Source: Eledone cirrhosa (lineage: Eukaryota). From it: 64,000 nt of DNA. Shown piece after piece: positions 30,501 to 43,900 of the stretch (position 1 is the stretch's first letter; each line of letters begins with the position of its first letter). Below the pieces are notes generated by a model. It was given only the letters and a program-made list of their open reading frames with translations, was not told the DNA's origin and did not search any database. The position numbers and the translations under genes were made by a program. The DNA is taken from positions 24,986,001 to 25,050,000 of the forward strand of contig OZ024741.1 in NCBI GenBank assembly GCA_964016885.1. The letters are read 5' to 3'.

Positions 30501-33500
30501 TAATGAAAGGGTTAAACAACATGGACAGTGTCTTTTATTAGAAATATGGTAATGAAAGGGTTAAACAACATAGACAGTGTCTTTTAAATATGATAATGAA
30601 ACGGTTAAACAACATAGAGAGTGTCTTTTATTAGAAATATGGTAATGAAAGGGTTAAACAACATAGACAGTGTTTTTTATTAGAAATATGGTAATGAAAG
30701 GTTTAAACAACATAGACAGTGTCTTTTTTTAGAAATATGGTAATGAAAGGATTAAACAACATAGACAGTGTCTTTTATTAGAAATATGGTAATGAAAGGG
30801 TTTAACAACATAAACAGTATCTTTTATTAGAAATGTGGTAATGAAAGGGTTAAACAACATAGACAGTGTCTTCTATTAGAAATATGATAATGAAACGGTT
30901 AAACAACATAGAGAGTGTCTTTTATTAGAAATATGGTAATGAAAGGGTTAAACAACATAGACAGTGTTTTTTATTAGAAATATGGTAATGAAAGGTTTAA
31001 ACAACATAGACAGTGTCTTTTATTAGAAATATGGTAAAGAAAGCGTTAAACAACATAGACAGTGTCTTTTATTAGAAATATGGTAATGAAAGGGTTACAC
31101 AACATAGACAGTGTCTTTTATTAGAAATATGGTAATGAAAGGGTTAAACAACATAGACAGTGTCTTTTATTAGAAATATGGTAATGAAAGGGTTAAACAA
31201 CATAGACAGTGTCTTTTATTAGAAATATGATAATGAAAGGGTTAAACAACATAGACAGTGTCTTTTATTAGAAATATGGTAATGAAAGGGTTAAACAACA
31301 TAGACAGTGTCTTTTATTAGAAATAGGGTAATGAAAGGGTTAAACAACATAGACAGTGTCTTTTATTAGAAATATGATAATGAAAGGGTTAAACAACATA
31401 GACAGTGTCTTTTATTAGAAATATGATAATGAAAGGGTTAAACAACATAGACAGTGTCTTTTATTAGAAATATGGTAATGAAAGGGTTAAACAACATAGA
31501 CAGTGTCTTTTATTAGAAATATGGTAATGAAAGGGTTAAACAACATAGATAGTGTCTTTTATTAGAAATATAGTAATGAAAGGGTTAAACAACATAGACA
31601 GTGTCTTTTATTAGCAATATGGTAATGAAAGGGTTAAACAACATAGACAGTGTCTTTTATTAGAAATGTGGTAATGAAAGGGTTAAACAACATAGACAGT
31701 GTCTTTTATTAGAAATGTGGTGATGAAAGGGTTAAACAACATAGACAGTGTCTTTTATTAGAAATATGGTAATGAAAGGGTTAAACAACATAGACAGTGT
31801 CTTTTATTAGAAATATGGTAATGAAAGGGTTAAACAACATAGACAGTGTCTTTTATTAGAAATATGGTAATGAAAGGGTTAAACAACATAGACAGTGTCT
31901 TTTATTAGAAATATGATAATGAAAGGGTTAAACAACATAGACAGTGTCTTTTATTAGAAATATGGTAATTAAAGGGTTAAACAACATAGACAGTGTCTTT
32001 TATTAGAAATAGGGTAATGAAAGGGTTAAACAACATAGACAGTGTCTTTTATTAGAAATATGATAATGAAAGGGTTAAACAACATAGACAGTGTCTTTTA
32101 TTAGAAATATGATAATGAAAGGGTTAAACAACATAGACAGTGTCTTTTATTAGAAATATGGTAATGAAAGGGTTAAACAACATAGACAGTGTCTTTTATT
32201 AGAAATATGGTAATGAAAGGGTTAAACAACATAGACAGTGTCTTTTATTAGAAATATGGTAATGAAAGGGTTAAACAACATAGACAGTGTCTTTTATTAG
32301 AAATATGGTAATGAAAGGGTTAAACAACATAGATAGTGTCTTTTATTAGAAATATGGTAATGAAAGGGTTAAACAACATAGACAGTGTCTTTTATTAGAA
32401 ATAGGGTAATGAAAGGGTTAAACAACATAGACAGTGTCTTTTATTAGAAATATGATAATGAAAGGGTTAAACAACATAGACAGTGTCTTTTATTAGAAAT
32501 ATGATAATGAAAGGGTTAAACAACATAGACAGTGTCTTTTATTAGAAATATGGTAATGAAAGGGTTAAACAACATAGACAGTGTTTTTTATTAGAAATAT
32601 GGTAATGAAAGGTTTAAACAACATAGACAGTGTCTTTTATTAGAAATATGGTAATGAAAGCGTTAAACAACATAGACAGTGTCTTTTATTAGAAATATGG
32701 TAATGAAAGGGTTACACAACATAGACAGTGTCTTTTATTAGAAATATGGTAATGAAAGGGTTAAACAACATAGACAGTGTCTTTTATTAGAAATATGGTA
32801 ATGAAAGGGTTAAACAACATAGACAGTGTCTTTTATTAGAAATATGATAATGAAACGGTTAAACAACATAGACAGTGTCTTTTATTAGAAATATGGTAAT
32901 GAAAGGGTTTAACAACATAAACAGTATCTTTTATTAGAAATGTGGTAATGAAAGGGTTAAACAACATAGACAGTGTCTTTTATTAGAAATATGATAATGA
33001 AACGGTTAAACAACATAGAGAGTGTCTTTTATTAGAAATATGGTAATGAAAGGGTTAAACAACATAGACAGTGTCTTTTATTAGAAATAGGGTAATGAAA
33101 GGGTTAAACAACATAGACAGTGTCTTTTATTAGAAATATGATAATGAAAGGGTTAAACAACATAGACAGTGTCTTTTATTAGAAATATGATAATGAAAGG
33201 GTTAAACAACGTAGACAGTGTCTTTTATTAGAAATATGGTAATGAAAGGGTTAAACAACATAGACAGTGTCTTTTATTAGAAATATGGTAATGAAAGGGT
33301 TAAACAACATAGATAGTGTCTTTTATTAGAAATATAGTAATGAAAGGGTTAAACAACATAGACAGTGTCTTTTATTAGCAATATGGTAATGAAAGGGTTA
33401 AACAACATAGACAGTGTCTTTTATTAGAAATGTGGTAATGAAAGGGTTAAACAACATAGACAGTGTCTTTTATTAGAAATGTGGTAATGAAAGGGTTAAA

Positions 33501-36500
33501 CAACATAGACAGTGTCTTTTATTAGAAATATGGTAATGAAAGGGTTAAACAACATAGACAGTGTCTTTTATTAGAAATATGGTAATGAAAGGGTTAAACA
33601 ACATAGACAGTGTCTTTTATTAGAAATATGGTAATGAAAGGGTTAAACAACATAGACAGTGTCTTTTATTAGAAATATGATAATGAAAGGGTTTAACAAC
33701 ATAGACAGTGTCTTTTATTAGAAATATGGTAATTAAAGGGTTAAACAACATAGACAGTGTCTTTTATTAGAAATAGGGTAATGAAAGGGTTAAACAACAT
33801 AGACAGTGTCTTTTATTAGAAATATGATAATGAAAGGGTTAAACAACATAGACAGTGTCTTTTATTAGAAATATGATAATGAAAGGGTTAAACAACATAG
33901 ACAGTGTCTTTTATTAGAAATATGGTAATGAAAGGGTTAAACAACATAGACAGTGTCTTTTATTAGAAATATGGTAATGAAAGGGTTAAACAACATAGAT
34001 AGTGTCTTTTATTAGAAATATGGTAATGAAAGGGTTAAACAACATAGACAGTGTCTTTTATTAGAAATAGGGTAATGAAAGGGTTAAACAACATAGACAG
34101 TGTCTTTTATTAGAAATATGATAATGAAAGGGTTAAACAACATAGACAGTGTCTTTTATTAGAAATATGATAATGAAAGGGTTAAACAACATAGACAGTG
34201 TCTTTTATTAGAAATATGGTAATGAAAGGGTTAAACAACATAGACAGTGTCTTTTATCAGAAATATGATAATGAAAGGGTTAAACAACATAGACAGTGTC
34301 TTTTATTAGAAATATGGTAATGAAAGGGTTAAACAACATAGACAGTGTCTTTTATTAGAAATAGGGTAATGAAAGGGTTAAACAACATAGACAGTGTCTT
34401 TTATTAGAAATATCATAATGAAAGGGTTAAACAACATAGACAGTGTCTTTTATTAGAAATATGATAATGAAAGGGTTAAACAACATAGACAGTGTCTTTT
34501 ATTAGAAATATGGTAATGAAAGGGTTAAACAACATAGACAGTGTCTTTTATTAGAAATATGGTAATGAAAGGGTTAAACAACATAGATAGTGTCTTTTAT
34601 TAGAAATATAGTAATGAAAGGGTTAAACAACATAGACAGTGTCTTTTATTAGCAATATGGTAATGAAAGTGTTAAACAACATAGACAGTGTCTTTTATTA
34701 GAAATGTGGTAATGAAAGGGTTAAACAACATAGACAGTGTCTTTTATTAGAAATGTGGTAATGAAAGGGTTAAACAACATAGACAGTGTCTTTTATTAGA
34801 AATATGGTAATGAAAGGGTTAAACAACATAGACAGTGTCTTTTATTAGAAATATGGTAATGAAAGGGTTAAACAACATAGACAGTGTCTTTTATTAGAAA
34901 TATGATAATGAAAGGGTTAAACAACATAGACAGTGTCTTTTATTAGAAATATGGTAATGAAAGGGTTAAACAACATAGACAGTGTCTTTTATTAGAAATA
35001 GGGTAATGAAAGGGTTAAACAACATAGACAGTGTCTTTTATTAGAAATATGATAATGAAAGGGTTAAACAACATAGACAGTGTCTTTTGTTAGAAATATG
35101 ATAATGAAAGGGTTAAACAACATAGACAGTGTCTTTTATTAGAAATATGGTAATGAAAGGGTTAAACAACATAGACAGTGTCTTTTATTAGAAATATGGT
35201 AATGAAAGGGTTAAACAACATAGATAGTGTCTTTTATTAGAAATATGGTAATGAAAGGGTTAAACAACATAGACAGTGTCTTTTATTAGAAATATGGTAA
35301 TGCAAGAGTTAAACAACATAGACAGTTTCTTTTATTAGAAATATGGTAATGAAAGGGTTAAACAACATAGATAGTGTCTTTCATTAGAAATATGGTAATG
35401 AAAGGGTTAAATTACATAGGCAGTGTCTTCTATTAGAAATATGATAATGAAAGGGTTAAACAACATAGACAGTGTCTTTTATTAGAAATATGGTAATGAA
35501 AGTGTTAAACAACATAGACAGTGTCTTTTATTAGAAATATGGTAATGAAAGTGTTAAACAACATAGACAGTGTCTTTTATTAGAAATGTGGTAATGAAAG
35601 TGTTAAACAACTTAGACAGTATCTTTTATTAGAAATGTGGTAATGAAAGGGTTAAACAACATAGACAGTGTCTTTTATTAGAAATATGGTAATGAAAGGG
35701 TTAAACAACATAGACAGTGTCTTTTATTAGAAATATGGTAATGAAAGGGTTAAACAACATAGACAATGTCTTTTATTAGAAATATGGTAATGAAAGGGTT
35801 AAACAACATAGACAGTGTCTTTTATTAGAAATATGGTAATGAAAGGGTTAAACAACATAGACAGTGTCTTTTATTGGAAATATGATAATGAAAGGGTTAA
35901 ACAACATAGACAGTGTCTTTTATTAGAAATATGGTAATGAAAGGGTTAAACAACATGGACAGTGTCTTTTATTAGAAATATGGTAATGAAAGGGTTAAAC
36001 AACATAGACAGTGTCTTTTATTAGAAATATGATAATGAAACGGTTAAACAACATAGAGAGTGTCTTTTATTAGAAATATGGTAATGAAAGGGTTAAACAA
36101 CATAGACAGTGTTTTTTATTAGAAATATGGTAATGAAAGGTTTAAACAACATAGACAGTGTCTTTTTTTAGAAATATGGTAATGAAAGGATTAAACAACA
36201 TAGACAGTGTCTTTTATTAGAAATATGGTAATGAAAGGGTTTAACAACATAAACAGTATCTTTTATTAGAAATGTGGTAATGAAAGGGTTAAACAACATA
36301 GACAGTGTCTTTTATTAGAAATATGATAATGAAACGGTTAAACAACATAGAGAGTGTCTTTTATTAGAAATATGGTAATGAAAGGGTTAAACAACATAGA
36401 CAGTGTTTTTTATTAGAAATATGGTAATGAAAGGTTTAAACAACATAGACAGTGTCTTTTATTAGAAATATGGTAATGAAAGCGTTAAACAACATAGACA

Positions 36501-39500
36501 GTGTCTTTTATTAGAAATATGGTAATGAAAGGGTTACACAACATAGACAGTGTCTTTTATTAGAAATATGGTAATGAAAGGGTTAAACAACATAGACAGT
36601 GTCTTTTATTAGAAATATGGTAATGAAAGGGTTAAACAACATAGACAGTGTCTTTTATTAGAAATATGATAATGAAAGGGTTAAACAACATAGACAGTGT
36701 CTTTTATTAGAAATATGGTAATGAAAGGGTTAAACAACATAGACAGTGTCTTTTATTAGAAATAGGGTAATGAAAGGGTTAAACAACATAGACAGTGTCT
36801 TTTATTAGAAATATGATAATGAAAGGGTTAAACAACATAGACAGTGTCTTTTATTAGAAATATGATAATGAAAGGGTTAAACAACATAGACAGTGTCTTT
36901 TATTAGAAATATGGTAATGAAATGGTTAAACAACATAGACAGTGTCTTTTATTAGAAATATGGTAATGAAAGGGTTAAACAACATAGATAGTGTCTTTTA
37001 TTAGAAATATGGTAATGAAAGGGTTAAACAACATAGACAGTGTCTTTTATTAGCAATATGGTAATGAAAGGGTTAAACAACATAGATAGTGTCTTTCATT
37101 AGAAATATGGTAATGAAAGGGTTAAATTACATAGGCAGTGTCTTCTATTAGAAATATCATAATGAAAGGGTTAAACAACATAGACAGTGTCTTTTATTAG
37201 AAATATGGTAATGAAAGTGTTAAACAACATAGACAGTGTCTTTTATTAGAAATATGGTAATGAAAGTGTTAAACAACATAGACAGTGTCTTTTATTAGAA
37301 ATGTGGTAATGAAAGTGTTAAACAACATAGACAGTATCTTTTATTAGAAATGTGGTAATGAAAGTGTTAAACAACATAGACAGTATCTTTTATTAGAAAT
37401 GTGGTAATGAAAGGGATGAAAAACATAGACAGTGTCTTTTATTAGAAATATGGTAATGAAAGTGTTAAACAACATAGACAGTGTCTTTTATTAGAAATAT
37501 GGTAATGAAAGGGTTAAACAACATAGATAGTGTCTTTCATTAGAAATATGGTAATGAAAGGGTTAAATTACATAGGCAGTGTCTTCTATTAGAAATATGA
37601 TAATGAAAGGGTTAAACAACATAGACAGTGTCTTTTATTAGAAATATGGTAATGAAAGTGTTAAACAACATAGACAGTGTCTTTTATTAGAAATATGGTA
37701 ATGAAAGTGTTAAACAACATAGACAGTGTCTTTTATTAGAAATGTGGTAATGAAAGTGTTAAACAACATAGACAGTATCTTTTATTAGAAATGTGGTAAT
37801 GAAAGGGTTAAACAACATAGACAGTGTCTTTTATTAGAAATGTGGTAATGAAAGGGTTAAACAACATAGACAGTGTCTTTTATTAGAAATATGGTAATGA
37901 AAGGGTTAAACAACATAGATAGTGTCTTTTATTAGAAATATGGTAATGAAAGGGTTAAACAACATAGACAGTGTCTTTTATTAGAAATATGGTAATGAAA
38001 GGGTTAAACAACATAGACAGTGTCTTTTATTAGAAATATGGTAATGAAAGGGTTAAACAACATAGACAGTATCTTTTATTAGAAATATGGTAATGAAAGG
38101 GTTAAACAACATAGACAGTGTCTTTTATTAGAAATATGGTAATGAAAGGGTTAAACAACATAGACAGTGTCTTTTATTAGAAATATGGTAATGCAAGAGT
38201 TAAACAACATAAACAGTGTCTTTTATTAGAAATATGGTAATGAAAGGGTTAAACAACATAGATAGTGTCTTTCATTAGAAATATGGTAATGAAAGGGTTA
38301 AATTACATAGGCAGTGTCTTCTATTAGAAATATGATAATGAAAGGGTTAAACAACATAGACAGTGTCTTTTATTAGAAATATGGTAATGAAAGTGTTAAA
38401 CAACATAGACAGTGTCTTTTATTAGAAATGTGGTAATGAAAGTGTTAAACAACATAGACAGTATCTTTTATTAGAAATGTGGTAATGAAAGGGTTAAACA
38501 ACATAGACAGTGTCTTTTATTAGAAATGTGGTAATGAAAGGGTTAAACAACATAGACAGTGTCTTTTATTAGAAATATGGTAATGAAAGATTTAAACAAC
38601 ATAGACAGTGTGTTTTATTAGAAATATGGTAATGAAAGGGTAAAACAACATGGACAGTGTCTTTTATTAGAAATATGATAATGAAAGGGTTAAAAAACAT
38701 AGACAGTGTCTTGTATTAGAAATATGGTAATGAAAGGGTTAAACAACATAGACAGTGTCTTTTATTAGAAATATGGTAATGAAAGGGTTAAACAACATAG
38801 ACAGTGTCTTTTATTAGAAATATGGGAATGAAAGGGTTAAACAACATAGACAATGTCTTTTATTAGAAATATGGTAATGAAAGGGTTAAACAACATAGAC
38901 AGTGTCTTTTATTAGAAATATGGTAATGAAAGGGTTAAACAACATAGATAGTGTCTTTTATTAGAAATATGGTAATGAAAGGGTTAAACAACATAGACAG
39001 TGTCTTTTATTAGAAATATGGTAATGCAAGAGTTAAACAACATAGACAGTTTCTTTTATTAGAAATATGGTAATGAAAGGGTTAAACAACATAGATAGTG
39101 TCTTTCATTAGAAATATGGTAATGAAAGGGTTAAATTACATAGGCAGTGTCTTCTATTAGAAATATGATAATGAAAGGGTTAAACAACATAGACAGTGTC
39201 TTTTATTAGAAATATGGTAATGAAAGTGTTAAACAACATAGACAGTGTCTTTTATTAGAAATATGGTAATGAAAGTGTTAAACAACATAGACAGTGTCTT
39301 TTATTAGAAATGTGGTAATGAAAGTGTTAAACAACTTAGACAGTATCTTTTATTAGAAATGTGGTAATGAAAGGGTTAAACAACATAGACAGTGTCTTTT
39401 ATTAGAAATATGGTAATGAAAGGGTTAAACAACATAGACAGTGTCTTTTATTAGAAATATGGTAATGAAAGGGTTAAACAACATAGACAATGTCTTTTAT

Positions 39501-40714
39501 TAGAAATATGGTAATGAAAGGGTTAAACAACATAGACAGTGTCTTTTATTAGAAATATGGTAATGAAAGGGTTAAACAACATAGACAGTGTCTTTTATTG
39601 GAAATATGATAATGAAAGGGTTAAACAACATAGACAGTGTCTTTTATTAGAAATATGGTAATGAAAGGGTTAAACAACATGGACAGTGTCTTTTATTAGA
39701 AATATGGTAATGAAAGGGTTAAACAACATAGACAGTGTCTTTTATTAGAAATATGATAATGAAACGGTTAAACAACATAGAGAGTGTCTTTTATTAGAAA
39801 TATGGTAATGAAAGGGTTAAACAACATAGACAGTGTTTTTTATTAGAAATATGGTAATGAAAGGTTTAAACAACATAGACAGTGTCTTTTTTTAGAAATA
39901 TGGTAATGAAAGGATTAAACAACATAGACAGTGTCTTTTATTAGAAATATGGTAATGAAAGGGTTTAACAACATAAACAGTATCTTTTATTAGAAATGTG
40001 GTAATGAAAGGGTTAAACAACATAGACAGTGTCTTTTATTAGAAATATGATAATGAAACGGTTAAACAACATAGAGAGTGTCTTTTATTAGAAATATGGT
40101 AATGAAAGGGTTAAACAACATAGACAGTGTTTTTTATTAGAAATATGGTAATGAAAGGTTTAAACAACATAGACAGTGTCTTTTATTAGAAATATGGTAA
40201 TGAAAGCGTTAAACAACATAGACAGTGTCTTTTATTAGAAATATGGTAATGAAAGGGTTACACAACATAGACAGTGTCTTTTATTAGAAATATGGTAATG
40301 AAAGGGTTAAACAACATAGACAGTGTCTTTTATTAGAAATATGGTAATGAAAGGGTTAAACAACATAGACAGTGTCTTTTATTAGAAATATGATAATGAA
40401 AGGTTTAAACAACATAGACAGTGTCTTTTATTAGAAATATGGTAATGAAAGGGTTAAACAACATAGACAGTGTCTTTTATTAGAAATAGGGTAATGAAAG
40501 GGTTAAACAACATAGACAGTGTCTTTTATTAGAAATATGATAATGAAAGGGTTAAACAACATAGACAGTGTCTTTTATTAGAAATATGATAATGAAAGGG
40601 TTAAACAACATAGACAGTGTCTTTTATTAGAAATATGGTAATGAAAGGGTTAAACAACATAGACAGTGTCTTTTATTAGAAATATGGTAATGAAAGGGTT
40701 AAACAACATAGATA
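21545..40714. repeat. 49-bp tandem satellite array, segment 2
   Basis: Same monomer and orientation. Includes a block duplicated at offset 3724 (76 monomers; markers 35321/39045 and 35611/39335). Confidence 0.99.
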
Positions 40715-40721
40715 TATTTCT

Positions 40722-40727
40722 TTTATT
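40722..40727 (-). promoter_or_regulatory. AATAAA polyadenylation-like signal at the element 3' terminus (also 19862-19867)
   Basis: The minus strand reads GGCAAATAAAAGAAATA directly before the target sequence. Confidence 0.55.
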
Positions 40728-40978
40728 TGCCACTAGGGCATCAAAAGTGGGACAAGTACAAAGGGGGGAGTTTACACAAAAAGGCGTCCTCAATAAGGAG
40801 GAGGCAATAACAAAATATAAAAATAAAATAAGATATAACAAAAAATAAAATTTTTAACAAAATCCTCAATAGAGAGGAGGCGCCTTGGGGGGTCGCACAC
40901 ACCCCCGAAAAAAGTGTGCAACCCTTCTCCTCAGGAGCACAGAGAAGGGGTGCTCCCTTGGTCTTTCATCTTCCTCAC

Positions 40979-43900
40979 CTATAGTCTGATGTAGAGTGAA
41001 GGCCCATTCATACGGGCCATTCTCGCCACTTTCACCCATCTTTCATAGAAACGGCTGGGGTGCAGCACCTCTCTCTCCATCCTGATCCTTCTTCCGAAAT
41101 GATATCGGAAGAAACGGACCAGTTGTTGGCCAGAGAGAAAGGTGCCCGACCTCAGTCCTTTCAGACGCGTCCACCATACAACCTCTTTCGCCATGGCTAT
41201 TACGCACAGAAACACCGCCTCTGCTTCATCTTTGAAGGGGGGAGGCGGCTTGATCATTACAATAGACTCGGTGGTCAACCGGATCGGTCCCACCCTTGAC
41301 AGCAGTTGTTCGACATAGCCCCACAGATCGGCTACGCCCGAGCAGTGTACTAATGCGTGTGCAACGGTTTCCTCGTCGCACACGCATCTGGGACAGATCT
41401 TTTTGGCGGGGTCCCTACCCGGGCGCCCGTGTCTGTAGAGCCTTTCTCGAACGGGTAAAGCCCCTCGGTAGCACTGCCAGGCCAGGGACTTCTGGAAGTT
41501 GTCCATAGGTCCCGGGCTGAATGTCCTACCGAACAGGCTGGCCAGTTCGTCCTCCTCCATGTCTAGGGCTTCTCCGAGGGCGTCGTCGCACCTGCTGCGT
41601 ACCAGCCCTCTATAGAATGTTGCGGTGGAGTCTCCACTGATAACCGGATCCGCCTGCCAGAGGGCGGTGAGCGCCTGGGCACACTCAGTGTGCCAGGCGC
41701 CCAGTTTTCTCGGTCTTTGCTTGACCCAGGATTGCAGCTCGGTGAGTGAGACGAGTCTGGGAAAGGTTCGTCTCACAAACGAGGCCCACACCGGTTGTCC
41801 GGTGAGGAATACGTAGAGGTGCCGTAGCCTTAATGCGTGTTTACGCATCATTAGCCACGGCATCCCCAGCCCTCCTTTCGAAGGGTGTTGACAGCAGATG
41901 GATCTCCTCACCATAGGAGCCCGCCTCTTCCAAAGGAATTGGAAGAGCGCGCGCTCCATCTTGGTGAGGGTTTCCCTTGGGCAGGGCACTACGGTCAGGC
42001 GGTAGTAGATGACGGACGCTATGTAGGTGTTCGCCACCTCCGCCCGGCCTTTCAGGGATAGTTTGCAACTGGCCCACTTCTGGGTCAGTGCAAACACCCT
42101 GTTCGTAACCTCCGCCCAGTTTTTCTCCACCTGGAGGTCCGGTCCGAACCAGACCCCGAGCAACTTCACCGGGCCCTCCGTCCAGCGTCCGACGACGCTA
42201 TCGGAGGGCATCGGTCTGCCCCTCCACGTGCCGAGTTGCAAACCGATCGACTTGTCCCGGTTCAGCTTAGCCCCTGTGAACTTTTCGTACTCCTCCAGTA
42301 AGGTGCCGACCGCCTCGATTTCGGAGGCCGTCGACACCATTACTGTCACGTCATCGGCGTAGGCCGACACCGCTTTCCGCAATCCCGGTTCCAAAGGGAT
42401 GCCCTGCAACAACTCCAACTTCCGCAGTAGTGGCTCGAGAGTCAACACATACAGAAGGGAGGAGAGAGGGCACCCTTGTCGGATGGACCGCGCGATTTTG
42501 AACGGCTCCGAGAGGTAGCCGTTCACCTTGACCCTAGAGCAGATGCGGCTGCTGTGCATAGCAGTGATCCAGCCCCTGAAAACGGGTCCGAAGCCTGCCG
42601 CCGCTAGCACCGCATCGAGGTAACCATGGTCGACCCTATCGAACGCCTTAGATTGATCCAAGTTGATCAGAGCCCCACCAAAGCCGGGTTCGTTCCCAAC
42701 CCTCTCTATGATGTATCGCATGAGGTGGAGGTTGTCATGGATGGACCTGGACGGGATAGCGCATGTCTGCGCATCTCCCACCAGGTTGCCCACGACAAGC
42801 GCCAACCTCTTTGCTAGCACCTTGGCCAAAATCTGTAACTCTGTATTTAGCAGAGTTATGGGCCTGAAGTTACTTATTTCGTCCCCCTTGTTCTCGTCCT
42901 TCCTCACTAGCGTGACTACGCCCTTGGTCACAGTACAGGGAATTCTCCCGTTCTGTTGCCAGTTGCAGTAGACCGCCTCGAGGAGATCGGGGAACAAGTC
43001 CGGCATAGCTAGATATAATTCGTAAGGAAGACCATCGAGACCCGGGGATTTGCGTTTGCCGCATTGGCTCAGCACGTCCTCTATCTCAGCGGCCGAAATC
43101 GGCTCCTCGCAGGACTTCGCCTCCCTGTCCGAGAGGCGCGGCAGGCCGTCGAGGTATGGACCGAAGTCCACGTTCCCAACCGGCTCCCCGCCCCTCCCGA
43201 ACAGTCGGGCAAAGTGCCTTTGAAAGGCCTCACACATCTGCTTAGGCTCAAGAATCGCCCGTCCATCCAGGTCTCGCAAAGACCGGATGGTGGATTTAGT
43301 TCCACTGTTGGCCTCTGTCACGCGGGCCCAGCTAACAGCTTTGGTCCCCTCGTTCCCTAGAGCACGTATTTTACTTCGGACAACGCAGCCTTCGTGCTTC
43401 GCGTCGAAAAACTGGCTCAAAGCCGTTCTCGATGCTAGCACTCTGGCCACGTCGCCGCTTCTAATTGCCTCTTCTACTCTATCTATTAGCTCCCTTTCCT
43501 TCCTATTCCTATCCGCAGCTAGAACCTTACTAAATTCTATCGAGACTACTCTAATCTCTCTCTTTAGAGATACCCACCACCTGCTGTTGACGATCGCTCC
43601 AGTCAACCGTTCCTTAACTAACGTACTAATCCGATTCCTGTAGGCTCTACTTGCCGGCAAGGACAAGTTGAGCTTCCAGTAACCGGGGCCCTGTCTATGA
43701 GTTCTGTCAAGGTTGACCATGCAGGTCACTAATTTGTGGTCTGAATAGCCAACCATGCGCATTATTGGACAACTTAAAAAGTCCTTATCCTTAATTCTAA
43801 CTAAGAACCTATCTAGGTACGACCTAGATGATCCGCTACGATTTGCCCAAGTCCAGGTTGGCGCAGTCGGAAAATCTAGTCGATATCTATCGGCCAGGTC

